Shown here piece after piece: positions 53,724 through 57,195 of a stretch of 57,195 nucleotides of DNA (position 1 is the first letter of the stretch; each line of letters opens with the position of its first letter). The position numbers and the translations under genes were made by a program. The stretch comes from a virus (taxonomy: Duplodnaviria; Caudoviricetes), in the IMG/VR virus record IMGVR_UViG_3300016667_000411, positions 1 to 57,195 of that record; one strand, 5' to 3'. Under the pieces are notes generated by a model, which worked only from the letters and a program-made list of their open reading frames with translations, was not told where the DNA came from and did no database searches.

Positions 53724-56548
53724 CAGTCCCATCAAACCTCATACCGACGCTGATCACAAGCCTGCCAGTCGCCCCGGTTCCAACACCGACGGCGACAATG
53801 GTCTGCGTGATTGGCGGCGTGACATACCAGGTCCCGTTCATCGACCTGCAGTCAACCATCTCCGTTCCGGCCAGCCGCACCATCAACACTGGTGGAGGAC
53901 TGCAAGGCGGTGGTGACCTTTCTCAGAACCGTACCCTGAGCATCGCTACGGCCGGCGTGACGACAGACAAGCTCGCAACGACTGGCGTCGTGGCCGGCAC
54001 GTATGGATCTGGGACCCAGATTCCTGTGGTGACAGTAAACGCCCAGGGCCAGGTCACGAGTGTCACAGAGGCCTCCCTGGTGGTTTCTGGGTATGTTCCT
54101 GACACCAGGCAGATCATTGCAGGCACCGGTTTGAATGGTGGTGGCAACCTGCAGGCCGACAGAACCCTGAACGTCGACTTCTCGAACACCAACCCGCTTC
54201 CTGTTGGGTCTGCGGCCCCTGGGTCTAGTAACGCGGCTGCTCGTGAGGACCACGTTCACCCTGCGATTGACCTTGCCGACGCGACCGAAGTCACCGGCAT
54301 CTTGCCACTGAATCTTGGCGGTACTGGTAACCAAATCCTGAACAACGTCAACGGGGCAATCTGGTGGAATGACGGGACCGGGTTTGCACAGACAGTTCAG
54401 GGAAACCTTGGACAGGCACTGATCTCTGGCGGCAACGGAGCCCCTAGCTGGGGCAACGTGTTGGTCATGGCAAACCAGCCTGCCAATTACATCTATGCCG
54501 GGCCTGTTTCTGGCGGCCCTGGGGCCACTTCGTTTAGGCCCATGGTCAACGCAGATGTGCCGTCGACCCTGACCGGTAAGACTCTGGTCAATCCTGTCAT
54601 CTCCAGCATCATCAACACCGGCACGCTCACTCTGCCCACGTCGACTGATACGCTTGTTGGACGGAACACGACTGACACCTTGACCAACAAGACGATCAGT
54701 GGTTCAAACAACACGCTGAGCGACATTGCCAACGCCTCGTTAACAAACAGCTCCGTCACGTACAACGGGGTCAACGTTGCTCTTGGGGCGTCTGGCACAA
54801 TCACAGCCAACACAACAAATGCCTTAACTGTTGGCACTGGGCTGCAGCTAAACTCCGGCTCTACTTTTGACGGATCAGCTGCCAAGACCATCAGCATCGA
54901 CAGCACCGTTGCAACGCTGACCGGCGTCCAGACACTGACTGGCAAGACGATCAACGGTCCAGACAACACACTGACCAATATCGGCAATTCCAGCCTGGTC
55001 AACTCTGCTATCACTGTCGGCACTACGTCGATCTCTCTCGGGTCTAGTAGCCTGACACTCGGCGGCTTGACATCTGTCACGGTCACCCAAAATCCTTCGA
55101 CAGACTACCAGCTGGCCACCAAGCTCTATGTTGACACGGTGGCCCAAGGCCTTGACGCCAAGGCTTCTTGTGTCTACAGCACGACCAACAACATCAGCTT
55201 GTCTGGCCTGGCAACTCAGGCAGGTGGCGATTGGGCTAGCTCACTGACCGCAGGCGACCGCATCCTGGTCAAGAATCAGTCGGCTCCTGCAGAGAACGGC
55301 ATCTGGATTGCTGATGCGGCTGCTTGGACCAGGGCTCCGGACATGAATGATTGGGCGGAGGTTCCCCACGCCTTCACATTCATCCAGGACGGCGCGACGC
55401 TTGCAGACACCGGTTGGGTGTGCACTGCAGCATCGACTGGCACCATTGGCGTGACTGCCATGCCATGGACCCAGTTCAGTGGGGCCGGTACCTACTTGGC
55501 TGGCACTGGCCTGACCTTGACAGGCAACACGTTTAGCATCACCAACACCGGGGTCTCTGCAAACACTTACGGATCAGCGTCTGCTGTGCCGGTATTTGCG
55601 GTCAACGCGCAAGGCCAGATCACCAGTGTCACAAACACGACGATCGCCATCACAAACAGCCAGGTCAGCGGGTCAGCAGCTTCTGGAGCCAACAGCGACA
55701 TCACCAGCCTGTCTGGTATCACTGGCGGCATCTCGACACCTGACTTTGTGCAGTTTGATACAGCAGCCACAGTTACTGATGCTGCAGGCAAGCTCTACTA
55801 CAACAATGACAACATGTTCCAGACGCTGGCCTTCCAGATGGATGGAGCCATTGTCCAGCACATTGGTGAAGAGCTTTACTACCGAGTTAAGCTGACTGCA
55901 CCTGCTACTAAGGGCCAGGTGTTGATGTTTACAGGGACCCTTGGATCATCTGGTGGCCTTAAGGCAGCCCCTGCTACAGGACTAACTCCTGAACAAGCTA
56001 GTTACGTTTTAGGTCTTGCTGCCCAATCAGGCACCACAAATGATTGGATTACGGTCACGTCATTTGGTGAAGTACGAGGCATCAACACAACAGGTGGAGT
56101 TGAAGCTTGGACACAAGGCCAATTGCTCTACTACAACCCATCTGTCGCCGGTGGCTTAACTGATACCAAGCCAACTGCACCAAACGCCATTGTCATCATG
56201 GCAGCCGTGGTTCACGTAGGAACAAGCAATGGTATCTTGTTCGTCAGGCCTACTTATGGCTCAGTCCTTGGGGGCACTGACGGCAACGTCCAGTTTGGTA
56301 CCTTGAACAACGGCGACGTCATTGTTTATGATAGTGCCGATGTTCGTTGGGAAAACAGAGCCCAGTCGACCTTGGCCGTAGGAACCGCAACAAACCTTGC
56401 AGGTGGGGTGGCAGGAGCCTTGCCCTATCAAACCGGTGCCGGAGCGACAAGCTTCTCGGCAGCAGGGACGAGCGGACAATTTTTGATTTCCGGTGGGACC
56501 GGTTCACCCACGTGGACTGACACCATTCCTGGAGGAACTTACGCATGA
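53720..56548 (+). CDS. Tail fibre / structural protein (942 aa)
   Basis: 'GLQGGGDL', 'GTYGS...VNAQGQ' and 'TLTNKTI' repeats; 'GDRILVKNQ...ENGIW'. Confidence 0.8.
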   Translation: MTVPSNLIPTLITSLPVAPVPTPTATMVCVIGGVTYQVPFIDLQSTISVPASRTINTGGGLQGGGDLSQNRTLSIATAGVTTDKLATTGVVAGTYGSGTQIPVVTVNAQGQVTSVTEASLVVSGYVPDTRQIIAGTGLNGGGNLQADRTLNVDFSNTNPLPVGSAAPGSSNAAAREDHVHPAIDLADATEVTGILPLNLGGTGNQILNNVNGAIWWNDGTGFAQTVQGNLGQALISGGNGAPSWGNVLVMANQPANYIYAGPVSGGPGATSFRPMVNADVPSTLTGKTLVNPVISSIINTGTLTLPTSTDTLVGRNTTDTLTNKTISGSNNTLSDIANASLTNSSVTYNGVNVALGASGTITANTTNALTVGTGLQLNSGSTFDGSAAKTISIDSTVATLTGVQTLTGKTINGPDNTLTNIGNSSLVNSAITVGTTSISLGSSSLTLGGLTSVTVTQNPSTDYQLATKLYVDTVAQGLDAKASCVYSTTNNISLSGLATQAGGDWASSLTAGDRILVKNQSAPAENGIWIADAAAWTRAPDMNDWAEVPHAFTFIQDGATLADTGWVCTAASTGTIGVTAMPWTQFSGAGTYLAGTGLTLTGNTFSITNTGVSANTYGSASAVPVFAVNAQGQITSVTNTTIAITNSQVSGSAASGANSDITSLSGITGGISTPDFVQFDTAATVTDAAGKLYYNNDNMFQTLAFQMDGAIVQHIGEELYYRVKLTAPATKGQVLMFTGTLGSSGGLKAAPATGLTPEQASYVLGLAAQSGTTNDWITVTSFGEVRGINTTGGVEAWTQGQLLYYNPSVAGGLTDTKPTAPNAIVIMAAVVHVGTSNGILFVRPTYGSVLGGTDGNVQFGTLNNGDVIVYDSADVRWENRAQSTLAVGTATNLAGGVAGALPYQTGAGATSFSAAGTSGQFLISGGTGSPTWTDTIPGGTYA

Positions 56549-57195
56549 CGACCATTCTGACCAAGAAAAAGGACACCAGCGGTGCACCCGCCCCAGGTGA
56601 CCTGACCAATGCAGCGGGCGGCGCAGAACTGGCCGTCAACACTGCAGACAAGCGCCTGTACACCAAGAACAGTGGTGGCAACGTTGTTGAGATCGGGACA
56701 AACCCAACGATCTTGAACATCGACAACATCCAGATCGACGGCAGCACGATTAGCAGCACGAATACCAACGGCAACATCAACCTGACCCCTAACGGAACAG
56801 GAGCCGTTGTTGTCAGCAAGATGCAGGTGACAGGTGCACTTCAACTCGACGGCAACATCACCGTCGGTGATTCTTCGGCTGATACCCTGACCATCAACAG
56901 CACGATCACCAGCAATCTGCTGTTCACCGACAACACCTACGACATCGGTGCGTCGGGTGCCACGCGTCCTCGCAACCTGTTCCTGGCTGGCAGCGGCACC
57001 ATTGGCGGCAACGTAACGACTGCGGGGCGCGTGATTGTTGATGACACGACCGACTCCACCAGTGCTACGACCGGCTCCATCCAGACTGACGGCGGCCTGG
57101 GTGTGGCCAAGGCCTTGTTCGTCGGCACCTCCGTCACGATCAATGGTGGCACCGCCAACGGCGTGGCCTACCTGAACGGATCCAAAGTCCTGACC
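56545..57195 (+). CDS. Tail fibre, N-terminal part (runs off the window, joins 1..1410)
   Basis: ATGA overlap; 'ELAVNTADKRLY'; 217 open codons to the last base, ending '...GTANGVAYLNGSKVLT'. Confidence 0.9.
   Translation, partial: MTTILTKKKDTSGAPAPGDLTNAAGGAELAVNTADKRLYTKNSGGNVVEIGTNPTILNIDNIQIDGSTISSTNTNGNINLTPNGTGAVVVSKMQVTGALQLDGNITVGDSSADTLTINSTITSNLLFTDNTYDIGASGATRPRNLFLAGSGTIGGNVTTAGRVIVDDTTDSTSATTGSIQTDGGLGVAKALFVGTSVTINGGTANGVAYLNGSKVLT

Overview
The window looks like a complete, circularly permuted ~57.2 kb tailed dsDNA phage genome. The ORF running off the right end (56545) continues in frame into position 1. Almost all genes are on the + strand. The virion module (40721 round to 19379) holds terS/terL, portal, a GroES-like protein, scaffold, major capsid, small basic proteins, adaptors, tail fibres, a holin/M15 endolysin cassette, a P22 gp10-like nozzle and four large ejection-type proteins, and has no tape measure or sheath, suggesting a podovirus-like particle. 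The early/replication module (19666-40424) holds a DUF932 protein, a nucleotide-metabolism cluster, PolA, a primase, two helicases, a Tad2-family protein, tRNA-Pro and many small ORFs. No integrase was recognised. The most unusual features are: (1) an acyl carrier protein plus an intact beta-ketoacyl synthase plus a possible acyltransferase, translationally coupled between the tail nozzle and the ejection proteins, a candidate virion-protein acylation system; (2) a nucleotide-modification operon whose thymidylate synthase homologue carries a dCMP-type specificity residue; (3) two copies of a ~165 bp palindromic non-coding element bracketing the early region; (4) a recurrent 'xxxGGxV' peptide motif that delimits modules in putative internal virion proteins. 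All family assignments come from motif recognition by eye; no searches were run.
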